Under the pieces are notes generated by a model, which did not search any database, had not been told where the DNA came from, and saw only the letters and a program-made list of their open reading frames with translations. Source: an uncultured Bacilli bacterium (lineage in GTDB: Bacteria; Bacillota_I; Bacilli_A; RF39; UBA660). From it: DNA of 36,201 nucleotides. Where the stretch lies: the NCBI GenBank assembly GCA_944371545.1, contig CALVXT010000002.1, positions 1-36,201 on the forward strand. The letters are read 5' to 3'. Position 1 is the stretch's first letter. Each line of letters opens with the position of its first letter. The position numbers and the translations under genes were made by a program. Shown here one piece after another: positions 10,054 to 17,242 of this stretch.

Positions 10054-10744
10054 AACGATTTAACCTTCTTTCTCCAAAGGAAATTAACTTCGTTAATATA
10101 AAGGTACAGAACAAATAAATAATTGCTGTGATAATCAAAGGAAAGAAATAATCATATGTTCTAGAAGAAATAATATCAGAGGCTTTAATCAGTTCAACAA
10201 TACCAATATAACTTGCCACTGAAGTTTCTTTCAAAAGAGTAATGACTTCATTTCCTAAAGCAGGAAAAATTTTACCTATAGCTTGTGGAAAAACAATACT
10301 TTTCATTGTTTTAAAATAACTAAGTCCTAAAGTTTTTGCCGCTTCTTTTTGTCCTCTAGAAACACCATCAAAACCAGCTCGAATAATCTCGGCAACATAC
10401 GCTCCTGAATTAATTCCAAAAGTAAGGACGCCAACTGTAATAATAGAAATATCTACACTTCGAAAAACTACATAGTACAAAATCATTAATTGTAAAAGCG
10501 TTGGTGTTCCACGAATGATATATACATAAATGTTGGAAATAGCATTTAAAATTTTCAACTTACCAGTCTCTTTATGATAATCTCGAATAATAGAAACAAC
10601 CGTTGCTATAACAAAACCTAATATTGCTGCAAAAAAAGCCATCAACAAGGTATTTTTCAAACCTTCTAAAAAATATAAATATCGTTCATCATAAATGACA
10701 CTTCGATAAAAACGATCTCCTAATTCACTAAACCACTCAATCAT
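10046..10744 (-). CDS. Polar amino-acid ABC transporter permease (HisM/GlnP type)
   Basis: 232 aa, about 5 TM segments, EAA-like loop ([14 protein letters not shown]). Confidence 0.85.
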   Translation of the reverse strand: MIEWFSELGDRFYRSVIYDERYLYFLEGLKNTLLMAFFAAILGFVIATVVSIIRDYHKETGKLKILNAISNIYVYIIRGTPTLLQLMILYYVVFRSVDISIITVGVLTFGINSGAYVAEIIRAGFDGVSRGQKEAAKTLGLSYFKTMKSIVFPQAIGKIFPALGNEVITLLKETSVASYIGIVELIKASDIISSRTYDYFFPLIITAIIYLFCTFILTKLISFGERRLNRYV

Positions 10745-10756
10745 TTTACTCCCCCA

Positions 10757-11485
10757 TTATTCTGTATATTGTAAAATATACTCCTCAATTTTTCCTTCGT
10801 TCATCAATCTTGTTAATACTTCATTAATTTGATTCAATAATTCTGTATTCCCTTTTTTGACAACCATTCCATATTTATCGGAAAATAAAATACCATCCAT
10901 AATTTTTAATTCTGGATTAGATTGAACAAGTTCTTTAGCAGGAAGTTCATCCATAACAATACAATCTGCTTTTCCACTTTTTACATCTTCTGCTGCTGCC
11001 AAATATTTTTTTTGAGAAACAATAGTAGCATTTGGATAATTTTCTTCTACATATCCTTCACCAACGGTTCCTAATTGAACAGCGATTTTTTTATCTCCTA
11101 ACTCATCAAAACTTTGAATGGAACTATCATTTCTTACAACAACAACTTGATTAGATACTGTGTATTCAATAGTAAAATCTACTTGTTCTTTTCTTTCATC
11201 AGTAATACTAATTCCTGCTGCTCCAAAATCAGCCTTTCCACTCTGTACTTCATTAATAATAAAATCAAAAGCAACATCTTTAACTTCTAATTCTTTTCCT
11301 AAAGCTTTTGCAATCTCCTTAGCAATTTCAATATCTACTCCAACAACTTCACCGTTTTCATAAAACTCATATGGAGCAAAACCTGCTTCAGTTGCCATGA
11401 TTAGTTTTTGGTCACGATCACTACCACAGCCTCCAAAAATTAAAATAGAAATAATTAGAAGAAGACTATATAAAACTTTTTTCAT
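10757..11485 (-). CDS. Amino-acid ABC transporter substrate-binding lipoprotein
   Basis: Signal peptide with lipobox (ILIFGGC). Family-3 SBP-like sequence (ATEAGFAPYEF...). First gene of the operon. Confidence 0.85.
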   Translation of the reverse strand: MKKVLYSLLLIISILIFGGCGSDRDQKLIMATEAGFAPYEFYENGEVVGVDIEIAKEIAKALGKELEVKDVAFDFIINEVQSGKADFGAAGISITDERKEQVDFTIEYTVSNQVVVVRNDSSIQSFDELGDKKIAVQLGTVGEGYVEENYPNATIVSQKKYLAAAEDVKSGKADCIVMDELPAKELVQSNPELKIMDGILFSDKYGMVVKKGNTELLNQINEVLTRLMNEGKIEEYILQYTE

Positions 11486-11512
11486 TATTCTACTCTCCCA
11501 CCTATTATAACC

Positions 11513-11540
11513 ATTGTATCATAAAAAAAATTTTTGTAAA
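11513..11540 (-). promoter_or_regulatory. Putative sigma-A promoter of the ABC-arcABC operon
   Basis: On the minus strand: TTTACA (11535-11540), 16-nt spacer ending in TG, TACAAT (11513-11518). It lies about 25 nt upstream of the SBP start. Confidence 0.35.
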
Positions 11541-11783
11541 TCCATAAAGAACAAATTGTAAAATCATTTGTAAAACCAAAGCTTCTAATCTTTTTATAGT
11601 AATAGTATCTAAACTATCTTTTATATAAATATTATTATTATTCTCAAAGATAAGTAAAATTAAACACGATGTATTATTACTAATAATGAATAATTTTGTA
11701 AAGTTCATGAATAAAAAGGTTAGTTTTATCAAAAATTCTAACTGTTCTATGTTTATTTTCATTTAAGTAAAACTTTCAAGCAT

Positions 11784-11814
11784 AAAAAATCCCATATCAA
11801 TAAGTGATATAGGA
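11784..11814 (-). terminator. Intrinsic terminator (minus strand)
   Basis: 10-bp stem with one mismatch (tcccatatca / tgatatagga), loop ataag, then T6 on the minus strand. Confidence 0.6.
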
Positions 11815-11821
11815 TATTTAA

Positions 11822-11848
11822 TAAAATAAAACTCACACGAGGTGTGAG
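11822..11848 (-). terminator. Intrinsic terminator (minus strand), probably the displaced original tRNA-Gly terminator
   Basis: Stem ctcacac / gtgtgag with a 3-nt loop, followed on the minus strand by TTTTATTTT. It starts 9 nt after the tRNA-3'-end-like repeat at 11857-11866. Confidence 0.5.
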
Positions 11849-12002
11849 TAATTCTCTCAATGGAGCGGTTGTCGTAGGTATCTACAACTTTTTCACTTTT
11901 AACGATTTGATATATAAAATATCAATCATTAACGATATTTTAGCATATTTTTTTAAATGGAAGCAAATTTAACGTAACTATATAGAAAGATTTAGTAAAT
12001 AA

Positions 12003-12040
12003 TGCTATAATATAGGGGAAATTTTACCAATTGTTGGTAA
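12003..12040 (+). promoter_or_regulatory. Putative promoter plus perfect palindrome upstream of the OLD-like gene
   Basis: Extended -10 TGcTATAAT at 12003-12011. Inverted repeat TTACCAA-ttg-TTGGTAA at 12024-12040, in the predicted leader or operator position. Confidence 0.4.
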
Positions 12041-12069
12041 ATATGGTAATAGTAGTAGGAGGGTTTAAT

Positions 12070-13896
12070 ATGCAGTATAGTAAGTTTACTATTAAAAATT
12101 ATAGAGCAATTAAGGGACCATTAAAAATCGATTTAAAAAATAAAATTGTACCTTTGGTAGGTATCAATGAGTGTGGTAAAACAACTATTTTACAAGCTAT
12201 TTTTGCTTTTGATATTGCTAATGATAATTTAAATAAATCTAAGCAAATTCAAAATATTGGAAATCTTTACGCTTTAGAGGATGATACTTGCGAAATTGAA
12301 GCTAGCATAAATATACATAAAGAAGAACTGATTAACATTATTGAAAATCTTATAACTGATAATAAAAATTCTAAGATTAAAAATGAAGCAAAGCAAGAAG
12401 AATTGGAGCAAACAAGTCAAGAATGGAAAACGTTTGATATACAAAATCAAAACATAATTCAAGAAAATGATATTTATGCAAAATTGATTCAAATACTTAA
12501 AGATAAAGTTAAAGAAGATGAATTTGAAATAAATATTACCAGATTATTAACTAATGATGAAAATACTTATTATTTATCATTTAAAAGCTTTAATAGAGTT
12601 GAAAATTTTGATCTTATAAGAAATAAATTAGCTACTGAAATAGTAACCAAATTGCCACCAATATTATATAGTGATGATTTTAATGATAGACCTGATGGAG
12701 AAGTCGAAATTACCGAAGAAGGTAATTTTACAGAATGGGAAAGAATATATTCAAGGGTATTTAACAATGCATTAAATAAAAAAGATTTTAGCATTTATTC
12801 ATTATTTGATGAAGATTCAAGAAGACGTAAGTCTACACTTTCAGATGTAAGTAAATATTTAAGTGATAACTTAACTGAAGCATGGTCAAGGTTTTCTAAC
12901 GAAAAAAAGAAGATAACTATTTCATTTGATTTGGATGAAAGAAAAAATAATGATGAAGTGAAAAGAGTGCTTCAAATAAATATAGTTGAAAATGTAAACG
13001 GACAAGAAAGAATATTTGGAGTGTCTGATAGAAGTAAAGGGTTTATTTGGTATTATAATTTTATAATGAAAATTCAATTTAACCCTAAACAAAATAGTAA
13101 TTGTAACACTGTATTTTTATTAGATGAACCTGGTTCTTATTTACATGAAACAGCTCAAAATGAATTATGTAAAAAGCTTGTAGAAATTTCAAAAGATGAG
13201 GGAGTAGTTATTTATTGTACACATTCTCCACAATTATTAAATCCGTTGTATATTCCTTTAAGTACAATTAATATTGTTTCAAAAGTTCAATCTAAAGTAA
13301 ATTGTGTTCCTATTTCTTCATATAAAACTCGTTCAACACAAACAACGGCTTTTCAGCCAATCTATGAAGCATTACAAATTCCAGAGTTCAAACTGATCAA
13401 CAATAATCAAAAAGTTGTTGCAGGTGAAGGAATATACGATAAATACGCAATTGAAATGTTTTGTGATTTACCTAATGATGTAATAGTATTTGGAAGCGCT
13501 AATGCTAAATCTTTGCATGATAACATACAATATTTTATAGCTTTTGCAATTAAATATATAGCAATTTGGGATAATGATCCAGAGGGTAATACACATTGCA
13601 AAAATGCAAAAAACAACTTCGGTGATATTGAAAGCAAAAATTTTTATACTTTGCCGAATTTACATAATAAATCAAAAGTGAGAATGGAAGAAATGTTTGA
13701 ACCAGAGGATATGAATATGATTAATGAGGTGATTGGATTGCCTAAAGATTCATCATATACATTAGCAATGAGTAATTTATACTATTCTGGTAATAAGAAG
13801 ATGTTACTAACGCAAATAAAATCACAACTTTCAAAAAAATGTAATGATAATTTTTCGAATTTAAGCTCTACTATAAAGCAACATTTTAATAAATAA
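12070..13896 (+). CDS. OLD-family nuclease (ABC-type ATPase head plus C-terminal TOPRIM)
   Basis: I prefer the start at ATG 12070 (RBS aggaggg 7 nt upstream) over the ORF-track start at 12031. Walker A GINECGKTT, a long charged/coiled insertion, Walker B VFLLDEPGSYLH, and VIYCTHSP. TOPRIM-like VVAGEG (Glu) and IAIWDNDPEG (DxD) about 50 aa apart. Confidence 0.75.
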   Translation: MQYSKFTIKNYRAIKGPLKIDLKNKIVPLVGINECGKTTILQAIFAFDIANDNLNKSKQIQNIGNLYALEDDTCEIEASINIHKEELINIIENLITDNKNSKIKNEAKQEELEQTSQEWKTFDIQNQNIIQENDIYAKLIQILKDKVKEDEFEINITRLLTNDENTYYLSFKSFNRVENFDLIRNKLATEIVTKLPPILYSDDFNDRPDGEVEITEEGNFTEWERIYSRVFNNALNKKDFSIYSLFDEDSRRRKSTLSDVSKYLSDNLTEAWSRFSNEKKKITISFDLDERKNNDEVKRVLQINIVENVNGQERIFGVSDRSKGFIWYYNFIMKIQFNPKQNSNCNTVFLLDEPGSYLHETAQNELCKKLVEISKDEGVVIYCTHSPQLLNPLYIPLSTINIVSKVQSKVNCVPISSYKTRSTQTTAFQPIYEALQIPEFKLINNNQKVVAGEGIYDKYAIEMFCDLPNDVIVFGSANAKSLHDNIQYFIAFAIKYIAIWDNDPEGNTHCKNAKNNFGDIESKNFYTLPNLHNKSKVRMEEMFEPEDMNMINEVIGLPKDSSYTLAMSNLYYSGNKKMLLTQIKSQLSKKCNDNFSNLSSTIKQHFNK

Positions 13897-13952
13897 AAGT
13901 TGAAATGAGTTTGAATTTATGCAATATTATAAGGCAATAAAGGGGAGATTAT

Positions 13953-14981
13953 ATGGACATGATGCAATATAAACCATGGAAAAGAAAAGAAGTTAATTCT
14001 TTAGTAAGCGAGTCTAATAAGAAATTACCTATATTAGACATTCAGTTAGGTGGAGCATGCAATCTTAGGTGTATTTACTGCGATACTCCCAAATATGGAT
14101 TGCCATGTTCTGTTGATCTTTCATCAATTGAAAAATTAATGAAAGATGGAAATATAAGATGGGTATATGTTTGTGGGCTTGGAGAACCAACAGCTCCTGC
14201 AAATTTAAGACATTTAAAACAAATATTACAATGGTGTAAACAAAGAAATATCGGATTGTCTATGTTTAGTAATATGTTAAATGTTGATAAAGAATTGTTA
14301 GATTATATTGATGATGGTACATTACATGTATTATTTAAATTAGATACTTTTGATAAATCTAAAATGGCTTATCTATATGGTCAAGATAAAGGCGATATAA
14401 TATTAAGAAATTATCAATCATTGAAAGAAGTTACGCATGCTGAAAATGGAGTTACTAACCTAGGTGCTTCAATTGTTCCGACTAGTGTAAACTACAATGA
14501 ATTACCAACTATTATAGATTATTGTATGACAAATGGTATTTTCCCTTTAATTGGCCAACTTAAAGATGCTGGTAGTTGTTCAAAAATATTTAAAGATTTA
14601 GAAGTTAAAGAAGAAGATTTAATTAAATTTAGAAAATATTTATCTCAGACATATGGGGTAAATTATGAAATGCCAACTTATCCTGCTACAATTTCGGGAA
14701 TACATGTAACTAATACAAATAATATAATTTTAGATAAAAGAACAGGGTTGTCTTGTCCTTGGTTCTGGTTAAATGAACCTCAGCTAGAAGTAATTGGCGA
14801 TATACAAAGTATGAATTATGATGAAATTGTTAATAAAATTTTAGAATATAGAGCATCTAAACTTGAAGATGTTGAAACCATGGAAAAACATGTTGAACTT
14901 TATCCATTTGGCGGATGTGGTGGAAATGCAAAACGATTATTAAGGACATATCTTGATATACAAAAAGGTAGAAAATTATAA
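13953..14981 (+). CDS. Radical SAM enzyme of unassigned subfamily
   Basis: RBS aggggag. CNLRCIYC (C36/C40/C43, CxxxCxxC) and a GLGEPT SAM-binding motif. Additional Cys at 209, 268 and 322 (FGGCGGN). It lies 56 nt downstream of the OLD-like gene on the same strand, with no visible terminator between. Confidence 0.75.
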   Translation: MDMMQYKPWKRKEVNSLVSESNKKLPILDIQLGGACNLRCIYCDTPKYGLPCSVDLSSIEKLMKDGNIRWVYVCGLGEPTAPANLRHLKQILQWCKQRNIGLSMFSNMLNVDKELLDYIDDGTLHVLFKLDTFDKSKMAYLYGQDKGDIILRNYQSLKEVTHAENGVTNLGASIVPTSVNYNELPTIIDYCMTNGIFPLIGQLKDAGSCSKIFKDLEVKEEDLIKFRKYLSQTYGVNYEMPTYPATISGIHVTNTNNIILDKRTGLSCPWFWLNEPQLEVIGDIQSMNYDEIVNKILEYRASKLEDVETMEKHVELYPFGGCGGNAKRLLRTYLDIQKGRKL

Positions 14982-15007
14982 ATTAAAAGATGATAAAAGA
15001 GCATAAT

Positions 15008-16380
15008 TTATCGCTCAATATCATCTTTTTCTATTTCTAGTTCTTTATGATTATTTAAATTGTTATTGCCTTGAAGTAGCCTAAAAGTATCATCATCTAA
15101 GGCTCCTTGAGTATATAATTCTTTAGCAAATTCCATATATTTTTCCTTCTCTTTATTTCTATAAATTCTATCCATGAGAAACTGAACTAGATTATAAAAT
15201 AAATTTTTAAAATGTTGAAGAGACTTTTTGAGAGAAATGTTTTCTTCTTGTAATTCTTTGATTTCATCATCTTTTTCTTTGATATTTTTAGTTAAAGTTT
15301 CAATTCTAAGATTATTGGCTTCATTATTTTCAGCTAGCATTTCAATTTTTTTACGGTTGGTAAGAAGTTCATTTTCGACTTCTTTTAAAGTAACGGATAA
15401 CTCTTGTATATTTTGATATTCAGCAATCGTTTTATCAACTAAATCAATAAAGACTAAGGTTTTATCTCTATTAACAACATCTATGACTAATTGATTTTTA
15501 ATTAAACCTTTTGATTTTAAATTTTCAAGCATTTCTCTAATTTTTGTAGTGCTATTCAATAGATTATCAGATTTTTCTTTAGCTCTATTTAAGTTATTTT
15601 GAAGGACTTCAATACTTTTCTTCATTTCCTCATAGTTTTCCATCTCCGATACATGATAATCCTGATTACGACCTTTTAATTTAGGTTTTAGTTTATCATT
15701 TAATAAGTATTCCTTATTGTAAGATTCTATACAAAGTGTTCTCAATTTATCTTGGAGGGTAATCAAGGATTGTTTGGTAATACATCCGATTTACCAACTT
15801 GTTTAGACATACCATTCTTATTTTTATATTTGATTGGAACACCGATTATATGAAGATGGAGAGAAGTTTCATCATAATGAATAATAGCACTTGCTATTTT
15901 AAAATTAGGAACAAGAGTTTCTAAATTTTTGACTTGTTCTTTAAATACATTAGTCATTTTCTTTTTATAATTTATATCTTTTGTATCCCAAAATTTTTTA
16001 TTTCCAAGTTCAATAATAATCTCACAAGCTAAATCACTTTTAGAATTATTACTAACATGAGAAAAGTAATCTTTTATTTTTCTATCTTCTCGGGATTGCC
16101 TATTATTATATTCAATTCTAGCTTCTTCAAACTCATCTTTATATAATTTTTTAACATCATTTACGATTGAATGAGTACCTCGAATAATTTCTATATCATA
16201 TTCTCTATCATCATATTTCCTACAATTATGATTATCACATTTTGATAGTCCAGCTGCATTTTGAATAGCATTATTACTTTTAGAAGTTGTACCACTTAAA
16301 TTAGATTTAGCACTTGCTTTACTACTATTTTTCTTATTTTTATCACTACCTAAATGAAAAGAATATGCTAATTCTATAAT
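15008..16380 (-). pseudogene. MobV/Pre-family relaxase, frameshifted and lacking an ATG start
   Basis: The N-terminal part (open from 16383 to TGA at 15763) carries the HxDE..H.H motif (IHYDETSLHLHIIGVP). The reading frame must switch within 15767-15795: ...MSKQVGKSDV, then ITKQSLITLQDKL.... The C-terminal ORF (15008-15766) is a coiled-coil typical of Pre/Mob tails. After the upstream TGA, only ATT (16380) or ATA (16377) is available as a start, 8 nt after GGAG. Confidence 0.7.
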
Positions 16381-16436
16381 TAATCACGCTCCTTTATTTT
16401 ATTGCTTTTTATAGTAATTAAAGCTATATTTTGGCT

Positions 16437-16472
16437 ATGACAAAATATTTAACCCCCTAGGCATTTTGTCAT
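16437..16472. promoter_or_regulatory. oriT-like inverted repeat upstream of the mob gene
   Basis: Perfect 10-bp inverted repeat atgacaaaat / attttgtcat separated by 16 nt, about 60 bp upstream of the relaxase 5' end. That is where MobV plasmids place oriT. A second small inverted repeat ctaaggc/gccttag sits at 16492-16507. Confidence 0.4.
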
Positions 16473-16547
16473 GCTAACAAAATGCAGGTGGCTAAGGCTC
16501 GCCTTAGAATCCGAAATTAACTATCGTTAATTTATAAATAGAAGAAA

Positions 16548-16838
16548 TTAGCTTAGCCTAATTTCTTCCTCATATTCGTATATCTCGTTTAATACTTTTT
16601 CATTAGCAGGTTTGACTTCAATAGGTGTAGGTTCTTTTCTAAAAGTTAGTGCATCTCTTTTATCAAGTATATATTTAAAAGCATTCTCTTCATCTATTTG
16701 ATAGAACTCATTTTTACTTATCTTTCTAATACTTCCATTAATAAATGTTGGAGTAGTTTTACAAAACTCACAAATAAATTCTAATCTTTGTTTTAGAGTT
16801 TTCTCAAAAGGCATCTCTTGCTTAATAATATTAATCAT
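16548..16838 (-). CDS. Hypothetical 96-aa protein (island-borne)
   Basis: The start is set to ATG 16838 (MINIIKQ..., RBS aggaagga). The longer ORF-track version (to 16973) runs into the tRNA-Gly gene. I recognise no family. Confidence 0.45.
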   Translation of the reverse strand: MINIIKQEMPFEKTLKQRLEFICEFCKTTPTFINGSIRKISKNEFYQIDEENAFKYILDKRDALTFRKEPTPIEVKPANEKVLNEIYEYEEEIRLS

Positions 16839-16945
16839 AAACACCATCCTTCCTTTAGGATGATTTCTTTGTAAACAACAAAAAAACCAATCTTTCGATT
16901 GATTTCTATATATCAATGTCCGAAAAGTTCGAACAGATTCGTCAA

Positions 16946-17019
16946 TGGAGCAGATGATGGGAATCGAACCCACGTGGTCAGCTTGGAAGGCTGAAGTTCT
17001 ACCATTAAACTACATCTGC
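16946..17019 (-). tRNA. tRNA-Gly (anticodon UCC), CCA encoded
   Basis: The reverse complement folds as a 74-nt cloverleaf: acceptor GCAGATG/CATCTGC, D arm GTTT..GAAC, anticodon arm TCAGC-CTTCCAA-GCTGA, T arm GTGGG-TTCGATT-CCCAT, then TCCA. Confidence 0.9.
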
Positions 17020-17123
17020 ATTTCGCTTGACATGATTAATTATACCATAAGTATATGATTTTTCAACAATTTTTTGCTAAAATTATAGAACTTTTTTAAT
17101 TTTTATATTATAATTGTGATGTT

Positions 17124-17199
17124 GCTGGATTAGCTCAGTTGGTAGAGCAACGCCCTCGTAACGCGTAGGTCGCAGGTTCGAGTCCTGTTTCCAGCACCA
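17124..17199 (+). tRNA. tRNA-Thr (anticodon CGU), CCA encoded
   Basis: 76-nt cloverleaf: GCTGGAT acceptor, GCTC-AGTTGGTA-GAGC D arm, anticodon loop CTCGTAA, T arm GCAGG-TTCGAGT-CCTGT, then ACCA. Two non-Watson-Crick pairs (7-66 T.T and 31-39 C.C). Confidence 0.8.
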
Positions 17200-17211
17200 C
17201 TTTTATAAATT

Positions 17212-17242
17212 AAAGATATTAGTTTTTTTGACTAATATCTTT
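17212..17242. terminator. Bidirectional intrinsic terminator (tRNA-Thr on plus, GroEL-like operon on minus)
   Basis: Perfect 12-bp stem aaagatattagt / actaatatcttt with loop ttttttg. The stem ends are A/T-rich, so each strand reads a U-tract after the hairpin. Confidence 0.7.

Larger units (their letters stand above)
11857..16951. mobile_element. About 5.1-kb decayed integrative/mobilizable island inserted at the 3' end of tRNA-Gly(UCC)
   Basis: The 10-bp direct repeat TCAATGGAGC occurs at 11857-11866 and 16942-16951; it extends imperfectly as attc(t/-)(c/g)tcaatggagc(g/a)g. The right copy includes the last 6 nt of the tRNA (GCTCCA on the minus strand). Cargo is OLD-like plus rSAM genes, a frameshifted MobV relaxase, an oriT-like inverted repeat and a small ORF. 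No integrase is present. Confidence 0.5.

Noticed and set aside
11505-11762. 85-aa ORF upstream of the ABC/ADI operon.
   Set aside because: It has no SD before the ATG and an Ile/Leu/Phe/Asn-rich low-complexity translation. It overlaps the predicted operon promoter and regulatory region, so it is most likely non-coding.
12031-12069. Upstream start (MLVNMVIVVGGFN...) for the OLD-like protein.
   Set aside because: That segment contains the RBS (aggaggg) for ATG 12070 and overlaps the leader palindrome. The family-typical N-terminus begins at MQYSKFTIKNYRAIKG.
12070-13896. Calling the OLD-like gene Gabija GajA, PARIS AriA/AriB, Septu PtuA or AbiL.
   Set aside because: There is no UvrD-like helicase (GajB), no separate TOPRIM gene, and no HNH partner nearby. 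The only partner is a radical SAM protein. Without profile searches, only the generic OLD-family call is justified.
13953-14981. Calling the radical SAM protein a prokaryotic viperin or MoaA.
   Set aside because: Only the generic CxxxCxxC and GGEP-like motifs are shared. I do not see the conserved viperin C-terminal extension or the MoaA C-terminal three-Cys cluster pattern with confidence. The subfamily is left unassigned.
16880-16902. Weak hairpin (caatc-gaaa-gattg) plus T7 on the minus strand, downstream of tRNA-Gly.
   Set aside because: The stem is only 5 bp. It may act as a terminator supplied by the island, but it is too weak to annotate.
16839-16973. N-terminal extension of the 141-aa ORF-track protein.
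   Set aside because: The extension runs into the tRNA-Gly gene (16946-17019) and across a weak hairpin/T7. An internal ATG at 16838 with a good RBS gives a cleaner 96-aa product.
17124-17199. Possible pseudo-tRNA status of tRNA-Thr(CGU), because of T.T (7-66) and C.C (31-39) mismatches.
   Set aside because: All other arms, the conserved D/T-loop residues and the CCA are intact. A terminator follows, and single mismatches at these positions occur in functional tRNAs. I kept it as a tRNA at slightly reduced confidence.
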